A program made the position numbers and the translations under genes. Positions 36,887 to 46,924 of a stretch of 47,797 nt of DNA are shown one piece after another; the stretch's first letter is position 1; each line of letters begins with the position of its first letter. The stretch lies in the UHGV virus genome UHGV-0368429, one strand, 5' to 3'. The notes beneath the pieces were generated by a model. The model was not told the origin of the DNA, did no database searches, and worked only from the letters and a program-made list of their open reading frames with translations. This DNA is from a virus.

Positions 36887-37782
36887 TGAGCATGAATGCT
36901 GATAACAAATATTGCCGCGCGCTGGCTGAACTGCGCTCAAAGCCAGCGCATGAATTGAAAGAAGTTGGCGATCAGTGGCGCACTCCGGATTTGTTGTTTT
37001 GGGGCATCAATTCGATATTTGGGCCGATGGTTCTGGATCTGTTTGCAGACGATAGCAATACTAAATGCCCTGCATGGTACACCGCCGAAGATAACGCGCT
37101 GACGCAGGACTGGTCAGAGCGTCTGGCAGAACTCGGTGGCGCCGCGTTTGCAAATCCGCCATATAGCCGTTCTCAGTACCATGAAAAGCAGGCCATCACT
37201 GGCATGACCCACATCATGAATCACACAATGGCGATGCGTGATAAAGGTGGTCGTTACATATACCTCGTGAAGTCAGCCACAAGTGAAACATGGTGGCCGG
37301 AAGATGCCGATCACATCATGTTTATTCGTGGTCGTATTGGGTTCGATCTTCCTATTTGGTTTGTTCCCGCTGACGAGAAGCAGCAACCCACCAGCGCATT
37401 TTTTGCCGGGGCAATCGCTGTCTTCGACAAAACCTGGCGTGGTGAAAGCTTCAGCTATATCAATCGCACCGAACTGGAAGAAAAAGGGCGTGCAGCATTG
37501 TCATTGGCTCAATTCGCCGCGGCAAAAATGGCCCTTTCGTCGGTGCCGGAAAAAGCAATGCCTACTCCCATTGCAACGGCTGATGCAGAGTCGCGCATCT
37601 GGCCGCTGGAGGTTGGTCTGGTATTCAATCAGGTCAAGGGGGCGGATTCTCTGGGCGTGAACCAACAGAACAAGTTGAAGGCCAACATCAACCAACTCTG
37701 GCTGGAGCGTGTGCCTACCAGCGAAATAATTAGCGTGGCCGGTGGTCTGGTTAGCAGCATGCAGGGGGCCGTCAATGCGTGA
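36883..37782 (+). CDS. DNA N6-adenine methyltransferase (phage Dam-like)
   Basis: 299 aa with NPPY motif (…AAFANPPYSRSQ…); start overlaps the O-like stop (ATGA). Confidence 0.75.
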   Translation: MMSMNADNKYCRALAELRSKPAHELKEVGDQWRTPDLLFWGINSIFGPMVLDLFADDSNTKCPAWYTAEDNALTQDWSERLAELGGAAFANPPYSRSQYHEKQAITGMTHIMNHTMAMRDKGGRYIYLVKSATSETWWPEDADHIMFIRGRIGFDLPIWFVPADEKQQPTSAFFAGAIAVFDKTWRGESFSYINRTELEEKGRAALSLAQFAAAKMALSSVPEKAMPTPIATADAESRIWPLEVGLVFNQVKGADSLGVNQQNKLKANINQLWLERVPTSEIISVAGGLVSSMQGAVNA

Positions 37783-39712
37783 AATCATCGTTGATAACTT
37801 TGCCGGTGGTGGCGGCGCGAGTACCGGCATTGAACTGGCCATCGGGCGTAGCGTGGATATCGCTATCAACCACGACGAAAACGCTATTGCGATGCATAAG
37901 ACGAATCACCCGGACACGCTGCATTATTGCGAGTCGGTGTTTGACGTTGACCCAAGCGCAGCCACCAGCGGTAAACCTGTCGGTCTGGCCTGGTTTAGCC
38001 CTGACTGTCGCCACTTTTCCAAAGCGAAGGGCGCTAAGCCGGTTAAGAAAGAGATTCGCGGGCTGGCGTGGATTGTCCTGCGCTGGGCGCTGGCAGTACG
38101 TCCCCGCGTCATGATGCTGGAGAACGTCGAAGAATTTAAGACATGGGGACCGCTGCTGGATGAAGAATTACGCCCGGATCCTGAGCGTGCAGGTGAAACA
38201 TTCGAGGCATTTGTCGGCATGTTGTCGACTGGTATCGCGGCGAATCACCCAGCACTGGCTGAGGTTTGTGAATTTCTTGCCATTGAGCCGCACGGCCAGC
38301 AGGCGCAACAGCTGATCGCCGGGCTTGGCTATGAGGTCGATTATCGTGAGCTGCGCGCTTGTGACTACGGCGCGCCGACGATCAGAAAGCGTTTCTTCAT
38401 GGTCATGCGCTGTGACGGCCGCAAGATTCATTGGCCTGAAGCGACTCATGGGGATCCAAAATCACTGGAAGTACAAAGCGGCAAGCTGGCGCCATGGCGT
38501 ACCGCGGCGGAGTGCATTGACTGGAATATCCCGGCCCGGTCCATCTTCGACCGCAAAAAGCCGCTGGCGGAAAATACGCTCAAACGTATCGCACGCGGCA
38601 TCCAGCGCTTTGTTATCGAAAGCGCATCACCTTTCATCGTGAAGTGTAACCACACCACGACGAAAGGAGGTTATGACTGTTTCCGCGGGCAATCGTTGTT
38701 AGAGCCATTGCAGACCATCACTAAAAAGCATGGCTACGCGCTGGCCGTACCGCATCTTACTAAATTCCGCACCGGGGCCACCGGGCAGCCAGTGACCGAG
38801 CCAGTTCCAACTGTCACCGCTGGTACGTCGGCGCGCCCGGGCGGGAATGGGCATGCGCTTGGCGTAGTTGAGGCCGCCCTGACACCGTTCCTGGCTGGCA
38901 ATGGCGGCAGTGAGTACCAGGCAAAGCCGCGCCCACTGGATAAACCCGCTCATACAATCCTCAAGCAGTCCCGCGCGTGCGTGGTTGCGCCGGTCATCGC
39001 CCGCCAGTTTGGCGCCAGTGTTGGGCATAGGGCTGACGAACCTAGCGCAACGATTACTGCAGGTGGTGGCGGTAAGTCGCAGCTGGTAACTCCAACACTG
39101 ATCCAGATGGGGTACGGCGAACGCCCAGGGCAAGAACCGCGTGTTCTTCAACTGAATAACCCGCTCGGCACGGTCACTGCTGGTGGTAATAAGTTTGCAA
39201 CGGTGAGCGCGTTCCTGGCGAAGCACTATGGTGGGAATTACACGGGGCCGGGTGTTGGTATGGATGAGCCTGCCCACTCAGTCACTACTGTTGATCATCA
39301 CGCGGTAGTTGCGTCGCACCTGGTGAAGCTGCGCGGAACCTGCCGCGACGGTCAGACCATGGATACACCTATGCCGACGATTACCGCTGGTGGCCAGCAT
39401 GTTGGTGAGGTCCGGACATTCCTCGAAACCTACTGCGGTGATAGCGAGGATGAATGGCTGGTGACGATCGAGGGGGTTAAGTACCAGATCGTCGATATCG
39501 GAATGCGCATGCTGCAACCGCATGAGCTTTATAAGGCACAGGGCTTCCCTGACGGCTACGTTATCGATCAGGACTATCGCGGCAATCGTTACGCCAAAGA
39601 CAAGCAGGTAGCGCGCTGCGGTAACGCAGTACCGCCGCCGTTCGCTCGTGCGCTGGTAGAAGCAAATCTTCCTGAATTATGTGCAAATCAAAAGGCGGGT
39701 GCAGCCGCCTGA
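37775..39712 (+). CDS. DNA cytosine-5 methyltransferase with extended repeat-containing variable region (candidate multispecific)
   Basis: From ATG 37775: FAGGGG (motif I), SPDC (motif IV), ENV (motif VI), RKRFFMV (motif VIII), C-terminal GNAVPPPFARAL (motif X); between VIII and X five repeats of the T-[IV]-T-A-G-G type. Confidence 0.8.
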   Translation: MREIIVDNFAGGGGASTGIELAIGRSVDIAINHDENAIAMHKTNHPDTLHYCESVFDVDPSAATSGKPVGLAWFSPDCRHFSKAKGAKPVKKEIRGLAWIVLRWALAVRPRVMMLENVEEFKTWGPLLDEELRPDPERAGETFEAFVGMLSTGIAANHPALAEVCEFLAIEPHGQQAQQLIAGLGYEVDYRELRACDYGAPTIRKRFFMVMRCDGRKIHWPEATHGDPKSLEVQSGKLAPWRTAAECIDWNIPARSIFDRKKPLAENTLKRIARGIQRFVIESASPFIVKCNHTTTKGGYDCFRGQSLLEPLQTITKKHGYALAVPHLTKFRTGATGQPVTEPVPTVTAGTSARPGGNGHALGVVEAALTPFLAGNGGSEYQAKPRPLDKPAHTILKQSRACVVAPVIARQFGASVGHRADEPSATITAGGGGKSQLVTPTLIQMGYGERPGQEPRVLQLNNPLGTVTAGGNKFATVSAFLAKHYGGNYTGPGVGMDEPAHSVTTVDHHAVVASHLVKLRGTCRDGQTMDTPMPTITAGGQHVGEVRTFLETYCGDSEDEWLVTIEGVKYQIVDIGMRMLQPHELYKAQGFPDGYVIDQDYRGNRYAKDKQVARCGNAVPPPFARALVEANLPELCANQKAGAAA

Positions 39713-39726
39713 TATGGAGAAATAGC

Positions 39727-40419
39727 ATGAATCAGTTAACCGCAAAGGGTGTTGTGACAATGTCCAGCCGTGAAATTGCCAGGCTGGTGCAGAGCAAACA
39801 TGGTGATGTGAAGCGCTCAGCTGAGCGCCTTGCATCTGCTGGTATTTTAACCGCGCCGTTGGCGCACACCCCCTACACACACCCGCAAAACGGGCAAACA
39901 TACGAGGAGTATTGGTTCAACAAACGTGATTCTCTGGTGATCGTCGCCCGGCTGTCGCCAGAATTTACCGCCGCTGTTGTCGATCGCTGGCAAGAGCTGG
40001 AGAACAGTCAGGCCGTAAGTGTCCCGCAAACATTGCCGGAGGCATTACGTCTCGCCGCGGATCTGGCCGAGCAGAGAGAACAACTGGCCCAGCAGTTAGC
40101 CGCTGCCGCGCCGAAAGTTGAGTTTGTCGATCGGTATTGTACTGCTAAAGGCTCAATGTCTTTCCGCCAGGTGGCAAAGCTGTTGCAGGCCAAAGAGACC
40201 GATTTCCGCTTGTTCCTCATTGAGAGCGGCATTTTGTACCGGCTCAGTGGAGTGCTGACACCGCGGCACCAGCACATTGCTGCCGGGCGGTTTGAAGTGA
40301 AAACTGGTACCACGAGCGAAACAAACTACGCCTTTAGCCAGGCACGTTTTACACCCAAAGGCATCGAGTGGATCGGCGGCCTGTGGACGGCACACATCGC
40401 TAAGGGGCATGCCGCGTGA
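39727..40419 (+). CDS. Antirepressor (Rha / KilA-C-type)
   Basis: From ATG 39727 (GGAG SD): MNQLTAKGVVTMSSREIARLVQSKHGDVKRSAERL... resembles phage Rha N-terminal DNA-binding domains. Confidence 0.6.
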   Translation: MNQLTAKGVVTMSSREIARLVQSKHGDVKRSAERLASAGILTAPLAHTPYTHPQNGQTYEEYWFNKRDSLVIVARLSPEFTAAVVDRWQELENSQAVSVPQTLPEALRLAADLAEQREQLAQQLAAAAPKVEFVDRYCTAKGSMSFRQVAKLLQAKETDFRLFLIESGILYRLSGVLTPRHQHIAAGRFEVKTGTTSETNYAFSQARFTPKGIEWIGGLWTAHIAKGHAA

Positions 40420-41477
40420 GAGGACTGTTTACAGCCGAGACTGTTCCGCGCCTTGGCCTGGTAGTGTTAAAGCCGGGCAGCGAACTGATGTCTCTGTTTC
40501 AACAGGGGCGTGTGCTGGTGGAGCCTCAGCCAAAAAGCATGGCTGGGCTTCCGTCGGGCCTCGTCCCTGATGCCAGGCAGCCGCTGGCAGAAGATAAGTC
40601 CCTCGAGGAATTCTTCACCGACGAGAGAGTAATCCGTGCTGCAGGCGGTTTGACCGCGTTGGAATCCTGGTTAGAACGTAACGTGAAGGAATGCCAGTAC
40701 CCGCACACTGATTATCACCATCATGAGCTGGTAACGATGCGACATCCCCCTGGATCAATGTTGCTCTGTTGGCATTGCGATAACCAGCTGCGCGAGCAAA
40801 CCACCGCGGCGCTGGCAGAACTGGCCCGGCGTAATCTCATTAACTGGCTGATCAGTTCCATCCTGTCTTCGCTTGGCTACAACAACGAGCGTGAACTATC
40901 CCTCGGTGAATTGTGCTGGTGGGCTGTTTATTCAGGCATTGCTGATGCAATCACGGAAAGGATGGCCCAGCTTGCGCTTCGATTACCGGATGAGCCGTTT
41001 TTATCCGTATATCGAGAAAGTGACATTGTGCCGATGCCCCCGGCAAAAAGCATTTTGCAGAAGAAGGTCACCCCTGCGGTCACGGCTGCGAAATTAAATC
41101 ATGGAGCAAATCAGGAAGTAGCATATGAACTGCCAAAGGTTCTGGCTCTGCATGCGGATCCTGAATCCCCTGAATCATTCATGTTGCGCCCAAAACACCG
41201 CAGGTGGGTGAATGAGGAATATACCCGGTGGGTTAAAACCCAGCCCTGTGAAGCTTGCCGGCGGCCAGCGGATGATCCACACCATGTCATTGGTCACGGC
41301 ATGGGCGGTACCGCCACTAAAGCCCACGATTTGTTTGTGATCCCTCTGTGCAGAGAGTGTCATGACAAATTACATGCTGATGTTGCAGCGTTCGAGAAAA
41401 AGCACGGTACCCAGCTGGAGCTGCTATTCCGGTTTATGAATCGAGCGCTGGCGATCGGCGTAATAACAAAAGCGTAA
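40416..41477 (+). CDS. Phage protein with C-terminal Cys/His cluster (DUF968-like, tentative)
   Basis: GTG start overlapping upstream TGA; C-terminal ...TQPCEACRRPADDPHHVIGHGMGG...IPLCRECHDKLH... suggests a zinc-binding/HNH-like fold. Confidence 0.45.
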   Translation: MRGLFTAETVPRLGLVVLKPGSELMSLFQQGRVLVEPQPKSMAGLPSGLVPDARQPLAEDKSLEEFFTDERVIRAAGGLTALESWLERNVKECQYPHTDYHHHELVTMRHPPGSMLLCWHCDNQLREQTTAALAELARRNLINWLISSILSSLGYNNERELSLGELCWWAVYSGIADAITERMAQLALRLPDEPFLSVYRESDIVPMPPAKSILQKKVTPAVTAAKLNHGANQEVAYELPKVLALHADPESPESFMLRPKHRRWVNEEYTRWVKTQPCEACRRPADDPHHVIGHGMGGTATKAHDLFVIPLCRECHDKLHADVAAFEKKHGTQLELLFRFMNRALAIGVITKA

Positions 41478-41498
41478 TTGTATGGAGCGCTGAGCATA

Positions 41499-42191
41499 AT
41501 GAATTTACAAGAACTGGAATATACGCGGATTGAACTGCGCCGTGCGCTGGCGGATTTATCAGGATCGACAAAAGGGCAGCTGCAGGCGTTCAGTGAGCAT
41601 CCACCAGCAGATAAGAATAAATACCCCCGGCACCATCCTGAAATCGTCATGGAGGGTGGGGAAGGTTGTGGATCGAAGGTTGTAAAAACTCTGGCCACTC
41701 CGCTTTATGTTCTTGAGACAAGGAGCCGTCGCCGACCTTTACCGCCTATTAAGGATGCGGAGTTCGCTTGTTCAGCATGGCGTCGTTCGGTCAATGGTCT
41801 GGGGGAGCATTTGCAGGCATGGGTGCGGTACTGCTATGGGCATGACCTTGCTTTCCGGTACCAGAGGTTAATGTGCCAGCACGTATGGGAAGAGTTCCAG
41901 CGTCAGCATAGCGGCAAAAAAATCCAGGACCGTGTCACTAAAAAACTGGTTGGGCTTGTCTGGCTGGCGGCGCAAGAAGTTGCTGCCTCGCGTAATAACG
42001 ATACCTATCAGGAGTATGCTGGTGCAGCTCTGGCGCGCATGGTCAGCGTTGAGCGTTCCACCTGGCTTAGAGTGTATTCAGGCCACTGGGCGGCTTTCAA
42101 AGCGTCGTTTGCTGAAATGGACAGCCAGGCACTAAGCGAAATTTTGTCACGGTACGAAGGGTACCAAGAACTGAAAGTGGCGGAAATGTGA
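41499..42191 (+). CDS. Q: Late-gene antiterminator Q (tentative family assignment)
   Basis: About 230 aa, last gene before a promoter-terminator pair and the lysis region (lambda Q position); ATG 41499 with GGAG upstream. Confidence 0.6.
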   Translation: MNLQELEYTRIELRRALADLSGSTKGQLQAFSEHPPADKNKYPRHHPEIVMEGGEGCGSKVVKTLATPLYVLETRSRRRPLPPIKDAEFACSAWRRSVNGLGEHLQAWVRYCYGHDLAFRYQRLMCQHVWEEFQRQHSGKKIQDRVTKKLVGLVWLAAQEVAASRNNDTYQEYAGAALARMVSVERSTWLRVYSGHWAAFKASFAEMDSQALSEILSRYEGYQELKVAEM

Positions 42192-42221
42192 GATAACTTT
42201 CACTAACTCCCTCAATTGGGC

Positions 42222-42250
42222 TTGCAAAATGCAACAAAATGAGCCATATT
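42222..42250 (+). promoter_or_regulatory. Candidate late promoter pR'
   Basis: TTGCAA (42222..42227)-17-CATATT (42245..42250), immediately downstream of Q. Confidence 0.45.
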
Positions 42251-42288
42251 TGAAGCTAATTTGATATTTTGTCATAATTATATCTTAC

Positions 42289-42310
42289 CTCGCCTCGGCG
42301 GGGTTTTTTT
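42289..42310 (+). terminator. Candidate tR' terminator (target of Q antitermination)
   Basis: CCTCGC-CTCG-GCGGGG hairpin (6-bp stem with one G-U pair) followed by seven T, about 40 nt after the candidate -10. Confidence 0.6.
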
Positions 42311-42389
42311 ATGCCTTTTGTATCTAAAGCTTGATGCAAAAATGAACCAGAGTTATCTGTGTGTCACACGATAAAAAAGGGGAAAAGGC

Positions 42390-42581
42390 ATGCAAAATCA
42401 ACCTTATATGACAGAAGAAGCAAAGGCGGTTTTTAACGAACTCAGCGCTTCACCAGCGACAGCTGGGGAAATTGCACAGAATACGCACCTAAGCCGAGAG
42501 AAATGCCAGCTCATCCTGACGCAGCTGGTTATGGCGGGGTTATCAGATTACCAGTTTGGATGTTACAAACGCCTCCACTGA
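42390..42581 (+). CDS. Hypothetical small late protein
   Basis: 63-aa ORF with purine-rich SD-like sequence upstream. Confidence 0.45.
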   Translation: MQNQPYMTEEAKAVFNELSASPATAGEIAQNTHLSREKCQLILTQLVMAGLSDYQFGCYKRLH

Positions 42582-42731
42582 AGGGGGCATTCTGCTGTGG
42601 AAATGGGCGGCTGGTGGGTGTTGTAGCACCCAACCAGCCATTAGCTCATGCTTTCAGGTCACAAGCTAACCAAGGCCCACTGCTTTAGCGCAAAAGCATA
42701 GTGAGCCTATCAGAGTTACGCTTACGGATCT

Positions 42732-43784
42732 ATGAAAAATACTGTAAATATAAACAGTGTTGAGCTTGTCAACGCTGACTGCCTGCAATACCTCGCAACC
42801 CTCCCAGATAACACCATCGACCTTATTGTTACGGATCCGCCTTATTTTAAGGTGAAGCCGAACGGCTGGGATAATCAGTGGAATGGTGACGCCGACTATC
42901 TTCGCTGGCTTGATATGTGTCTTGCCCAGTTCTGGCGAGTGCTTAAGCCTGCCGGCAGCCTGTATTTGTTTTCAGGTCACCGACTTGCATCCCATATTGA
43001 GATCATGATGCGTGAACGCTTCAACGTCATGAACCACATTATCTGGGCGAAGCCATCAGGGCGCTGGAACGGGTGTAATAAAGAAAGCCTGCGCTCTTAC
43101 TTTCCCGCGACGGAACGCATCCTTTTCGCTGAGCATTATCAGGGGCCATATAAGCCGAAAAGCGACGGATTTGCTGAGAAAAGCAACGAGGTCAAACAGC
43201 ACGTCATGGCTCCGTTAATCACCTACTTTCGGGAAGCACGAGCCGAACTGGGGGTCACGTCCAGGCAAATAGCTGACGCCACCGGAAAGAAAAATATGGC
43301 GTCTCACTGGTTCGGTGCCAGTCAGTGGCAACTACCGAACGAGCAGGATTACGAAAAGCTGCAGGAATTGTTCACTCAGATCGCCATTGAGAAGCACCGC
43401 GCCTCTGAACTCAAAGCACCGCATCACCAGCTGGTGGCCACATGGCATTCGTTGAACCGGAAATACCTTGATCTGCTGGAAGAGTACAAATCTCTTCGGC
43501 GGCATTTCTCTGTGACAGTAGCCGTGCCCTATACAGACGTCTGGACACATAAACCCGTCCAGTTCTATCCAGGCAAACACCCGTGCGAAAAGCCCGCTGA
43601 TATGTTGCGGCAAATCATCAACGCCAGCAGCAGGCCCGGCGATGTGGTAGCTGATTTCTTTATGGGCTCGGGATCAACTGTTAAAGCAGCCATTGAACTG
43701 GGCCGCCAGGCTATCGGCGTAGAACTGGAAGAGGAACGTTTCAACCAGACGGTAAGTGAGGTAAGGCAGCTGGCAGGGGAATAA
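42732..43784 (+). CDS. DNA methyltransferase, DPPY class (N6-adenine or N4-cytosine)
   Basis: 350 aa; motif order ...IDLIVTDPPYF... (catalytic) before ...FFMGSGST... (SAM-binding) is beta-class. Confidence 0.8.
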   Translation: MKNTVNINSVELVNADCLQYLATLPDNTIDLIVTDPPYFKVKPNGWDNQWNGDADYLRWLDMCLAQFWRVLKPAGSLYLFSGHRLASHIEIMMRERFNVMNHIIWAKPSGRWNGCNKESLRSYFPATERILFAEHYQGPYKPKSDGFAEKSNEVKQHVMAPLITYFREARAELGVTSRQIADATGKKNMASHWFGASQWQLPNEQDYEKLQELFTQIAIEKHRASELKAPHHQLVATWHSLNRKYLDLLEEYKSLRRHFSVTVAVPYTDVWTHKPVQFYPGKHPCEKPADMLRQIINASSRPGDVVADFFMGSGSTVKAAIELGRQAIGVELEEERFNQTVSEVRQLAGE

Positions 43785-43786
43785 AA

Positions 43787-43812
43787 GCTTGGGTCGCTAT
43801 CGCGGCCCTTTT
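43787..43812 (+). terminator. Terminator-like hairpin after the third methyltransferase
   Basis: GGGTCGC-TAT-CGCGGCCC followed by TTTTT. Confidence 0.4.
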
Positions 43813-43854
43813 TATTACCTCAACTGGACACCCGCAACGTAGCGAGGTGAGAGC

Positions 43855-44070
43855 ATGTATCGAATGGAAAAAATCACGACGGGTATTGCATACGGCGCAT
43901 CGGGAGGGGGGACCGGATACTGGTTGCTTCAGCTCCTCGATAAAGTCTCCCCATCTCAATGGGCGGCTATTGGTGTGCTCGGTAGCCTCATGTTTGGTTT
44001 GCTGACGTGGTTAACGAGTCTGTACTTCCAAATCAAAGCGGATCGCCGCAAAGCTGCGCGGGGTGAATGA
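43855..44070 (+). CDS. S: Pinholin (phage 21 S-type) with dual-start motif
   Basis: [45 protein letters not shown]...[11 protein letters not shown] closely matches S21 as recalled. Confidence 0.9.
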   Translation: MYRMEKITTGIAYGASGGGTGYWLLQLLDKVSPSQWAAIGVLGSLMFGLLTWLTSLYFQIKADRRKAARGE

Positions 44071-44606
44071 TGTCGAACAAAGCAAAGCTCAGCGCAGCAG
44101 TGCTGGCGCTAATCGCGTCAGGGGCATCTGCGCCACTCATTTTCGACCAGTTCATCAGCGAGAAAGAAGGAAACGCGCTGGTGGCCGTTGTTGATCCTGG
44201 CGGGGTCTGGTCTCTATGTCACGGCGTGACCGTTATCGATGGCAGGCGTGTTGTTAAAGGCATGACGGCCACTGAGGAACAATGCCGGAAGGTTAACGCT
44301 ATTGAACGCGATAAGGCATTAGCCTGGGTTGATCGCAATATCAAAGTGCCTCTGACAGAGCCACAGAAGGTGGGTATCGCATCCTTCTGCCCGTATAACA
44401 TCGGCCCCGGTAAATGCTTCCCATCGACCTTCTATAAGCGTATCAACGCAGGTGACCGCATCGGTGCATGCGAGGCAATCCGCTGGTGGATTAAAGATGG
44501 TGGCCGTGATTGTCGTCTAACCAAAGGCCAGAAGAATGGCTGCTATGGTCAGGTTGAGCGACGGGACCAGGAAAGCGCGCTGGCGTGCTGGGGGTTAGAC
44601 CAATGA
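44067..44606 (+). CDS. R: SAR endolysin (phage 21 R-type lysozyme)
   Basis: 179 aa; N-terminal signal-anchor-release domain followed by lysozyme core (E...D...T: …[25 protein letters not shown]…); overlaps holin stop and Rz start. Confidence 0.85.
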   Translation: MMSNKAKLSAAVLALIASGASAPLIFDQFISEKEGNALVAVVDPGGVWSLCHGVTVIDGRRVVKGMTATEEQCRKVNAIERDKALAWVDRNIKVPLTEPQKVGIASFCPYNIGPGKCFPSTFYKRINAGDRIGACEAIRWWIKDGGRDCRLTKGQKNGCYGQVERRDQESALACWGLDQ

Positions 44607-45118
44607 AAATTAATCCGGGTCTTTTAGGCGTTGTTGTTATTGCCGTCCTTTCGGTCGCTCTCGTTAAGAGTTGCTCCAACGCCAGTAGTCTTCAGAGCGA
44701 TATCGACGTTCTGCGAAGTGACAACTCTATGCAGGGGCAGGTGATCGCCACCCAGGCATTCAACTTCAATCGATTCAATCAGGTTGCAGAACATGCCAAC
44801 AGGCTTAACTCCCTGATCGACACTAGCACCGAAGAAACCGTAATCGAATACCGGGAGATACTCCGCCGTGAAAAAACCTGTGATCTGCCTGTTCCTGCTG
44901 ACATTGCTGGTGGGCTGCTCGAATACGCGTACCGTTTACGTTCCAGCGCAATGCACGCCGATACCGACGGAACTGACGCAGCCGATGATAGTACCGCTGC
45001 CGCCCGTTCAATAACGTACTGCCAGGCTGTGCTCTGGATTAAGCCGTTGCTGGCCGTAATAGAGAAGGGCAACAATAACTTCGCTGGCATTCGTCAAGTA
45101 GAACAGGAGCGACAATAG
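44603..45118 (+). CDS. Rz: i-spanin Rz
   Basis: From ATG 44603: N-terminal TM helix ([21 protein letters not shown]) then charged helical region; ATGA overlap with the endolysin stop. Confidence 0.8.
   Translation: MKINPGLLGVVVIAVLSVALVKSCSNASSLQSDIDVLRSDNSMQGQVIATQAFNFNRFNQVAEHANRLNSLIDTSTEETVIEYREILRREKTCDLPVPADIAGGLLEYAYRLRSSAMHADTDGTDAADDSTAAARSITYCQAVLWIKPLLAVIEKGNNNFAGIRQVEQERQ
44868..45014 (+). CDS. Rz1: o-spanin Rz1, embedded in Rz in the +1 frame (unlisted, 48 aa)
   Basis: Hand-translated from GTG 44868: (M)KKPVICLFLLTLLVGCSNTRTVYVPAQCTPIPTELTQPMIVPLPPVQ*; lipobox LVGC and Pro-rich C-terminus. Confidence 0.7.
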   Translation: MKKPVICLFLLTLLVGCSNTRTVYVPAQCTPIPTELTQPMIVPLPPVQ

Positions 45119-45274
45119 GTATGGGCAAATCCTAACGTGAAAATCTGCAGCAGCATTTCCATTATGTTTGGCTGTAAATTATCTATCACCATAGGTTTCT
45201 TGCGTCATCAGGTAATAGACCGACCTCATAAAAAGAGGTAAATTATTACTTTACGTTGCGCTCAGGTAGACGAG

Positions 45275-46063
45275 ATGGAAGAACGTCATCACAGCTATAT
45301 CCTTAAAACTATTGAAGAAATAGGAAGGGGTGGGTTCGGTTACGTTGAAAAAATTGAACTTTTCAATGTTAACGGTCACAAATGCGGTGACTACGCCAAA
45401 AAGATTTTGGCGCAGGATCATGGGCTTAGCAAAGAGGACTTCAAAAGAAGATTCAAACGGGAAGTGGATTATCAGGCTAGGTGTACGCACTCGAATATAG
45501 CGCCTATATATCTACACAATCTTCAGGTTGATAGTCCTTGGTTTGTTATGGATCTCGCTGAAAGTGATTTAAGTACAGATTTAGCCTCAGGCACGCTCGA
45601 TAATGCAAGCAAAATGCATATTGCAGAAATGATCCTTTCAGGGGTACGTTTCATGCATACAGAGAAAACTAATGATCCAGGACGTAAGCCAGTATATTTA
45701 CACCGTGATTTAAAGCCATCTAATATTCTTCGTTTTAAAGATGGAGTTTACAAAATTTCCGATTTTGGTTTAGTAAAAAATGCAGGAAAAGAAAGACCAG
45801 AATCTGAGCTTTTAACAAGAGTCGCTACAGCCATGGGAACGCTCAAATACATGGCTCCTGAGATAACAACAGCTGGGCATTACTCAGAGCAAACTGACAT
45901 TTTTGCTCTCGGAGTAGTTATTGATGATATGGGGTTTGATAACGTTAATGGTATTAGACAGTTAATCGATAAATGCACCGCCTGGAGAGCTGCAAGCCGA
46001 TACAAATCGGTTGATGATATGATGCAGGAACTGGCTGATATAAAAATAAGGAATGGGCTATGA
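45275..46063 (+). CDS. Hanks-type Ser/Thr protein kinase (AT-rich moron)
   Basis: 262 aa with GRGGFGYV (P-loop), YAKK (Lys), HRDLKPSN (catalytic loop), SDFG, APE. Confidence 0.85.
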   Translation: MEERHHSYILKTIEEIGRGGFGYVEKIELFNVNGHKCGDYAKKILAQDHGLSKEDFKRRFKREVDYQARCTHSNIAPIYLHNLQVDSPWFVMDLAESDLSTDLASGTLDNASKMHIAEMILSGVRFMHTEKTNDPGRKPVYLHRDLKPSNILRFKDGVYKISDFGLVKNAGKERPESELLTRVATAMGTLKYMAPEITTAGHYSEQTDIFALGVVIDDMGFDNVNGIRQLIDKCTAWRAASRYKSVDDMMQELADIKIRNGL

Positions 46064-46809
46064 TTACCCTACTTTCAAGTGGTCTTTTCTCTTACGCTAA
46101 AAGTTCTTCGCGTACTAATCAGGATTCTATTCTTGCTCCACAGTGCATCGATAATGGCTATTTGATTGCTGTCGCTGATGGCGTTGGCTCGTACTTGGGC
46201 GCAGAACACGCTTCACAAACAGCAATTAAATATTTAGCGAACCTAATCAATGCTTCTTCTATCCAAGATCTTGATAGCCTCTTCGCCACAATAAAAGAAA
46301 AGATTTCTGCGTTATCTGACGCTGATGAATCCTATTTAGAAGCTGCAACGACGTTGACGTTTGCATATGTAAACAATCAAGGTTTGTACATTGGTCATGT
46401 TGGTGATTGTCGTTTGTATATTAAAAAAGATAATAAACTCAAACAACTAACGAAAGATCATACCCAACATCAAAAACTGTTGGATCAGAAGATTTTCAAT
46501 AAAAAAGAACTTAAGGATATGGGGGGGAAAAACACCCTAACAACTGCGATTTCTAAAGTTATCCCATTGGAATTTCAACAAACGTTTATTCCTGCGTCTG
46601 AAGTTTTCGAAGACAACGAAGAGGCCACTCTCTACATTCTTTCAGATGGAGCACACCACTTCTGGGATAAGAGACCAAGATTCTCAATCACTACTTTGAG
46701 CAATCCAAACTGTTTTGCAGCTAGCTTGCATAAACGAATTATTCGTAATGGGCCTATAGATGATTTTTCTTTGGTTGTAGCCAAGTTCAAGCGCAGCAGT
46801 GTTAACTAA
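46060..46809 (+). CDS. PP2C-family Ser/Thr protein phosphatase (AT-rich moron, coupled to the kinase)
   Basis: 249 aa; metal-binding motifs VADGVGS, HVGDCRLY, ILSDGAHH; ATGA overlap with the kinase stop. Confidence 0.75.
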   Translation: MITLLSSGLFSYAKSSSRTNQDSILAPQCIDNGYLIAVADGVGSYLGAEHASQTAIKYLANLINASSIQDLDSLFATIKEKISALSDADESYLEAATTLTFAYVNNQGLYIGHVGDCRLYIKKDNKLKQLTKDHTQHQKLLDQKIFNKKELKDMGGKNTLTTAISKVIPLEFQQTFIPASEVFEDNEEATLYILSDGAHHFWDKRPRFSITTLSNPNCFAASLHKRIIRNGPIDDFSLVVAKFKRSSVN

Positions 46810-46924
46810 TGGTGTGGTTGAACTTGTAAGACTTACGGCTCAATAAAGGTTCGGGCATACGTAGTTCGTGTTGAACATAAGGGCTGAAATTCTGATTACA
46901 TAGTTGAACAAACTCCATACCAGG

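Noticed and set aside
38699-39277. 192-aa minus-strand ORF inside the C5 methyltransferase gene, plus the plus-strand ORFs 37283..37660 and 37779..38114
   Set aside because: Embedded in or antisense to methyltransferase genes with clear catalytic motifs; Arg/Ser/Pro-rich translations typical of off-frame GC-rich sequence.
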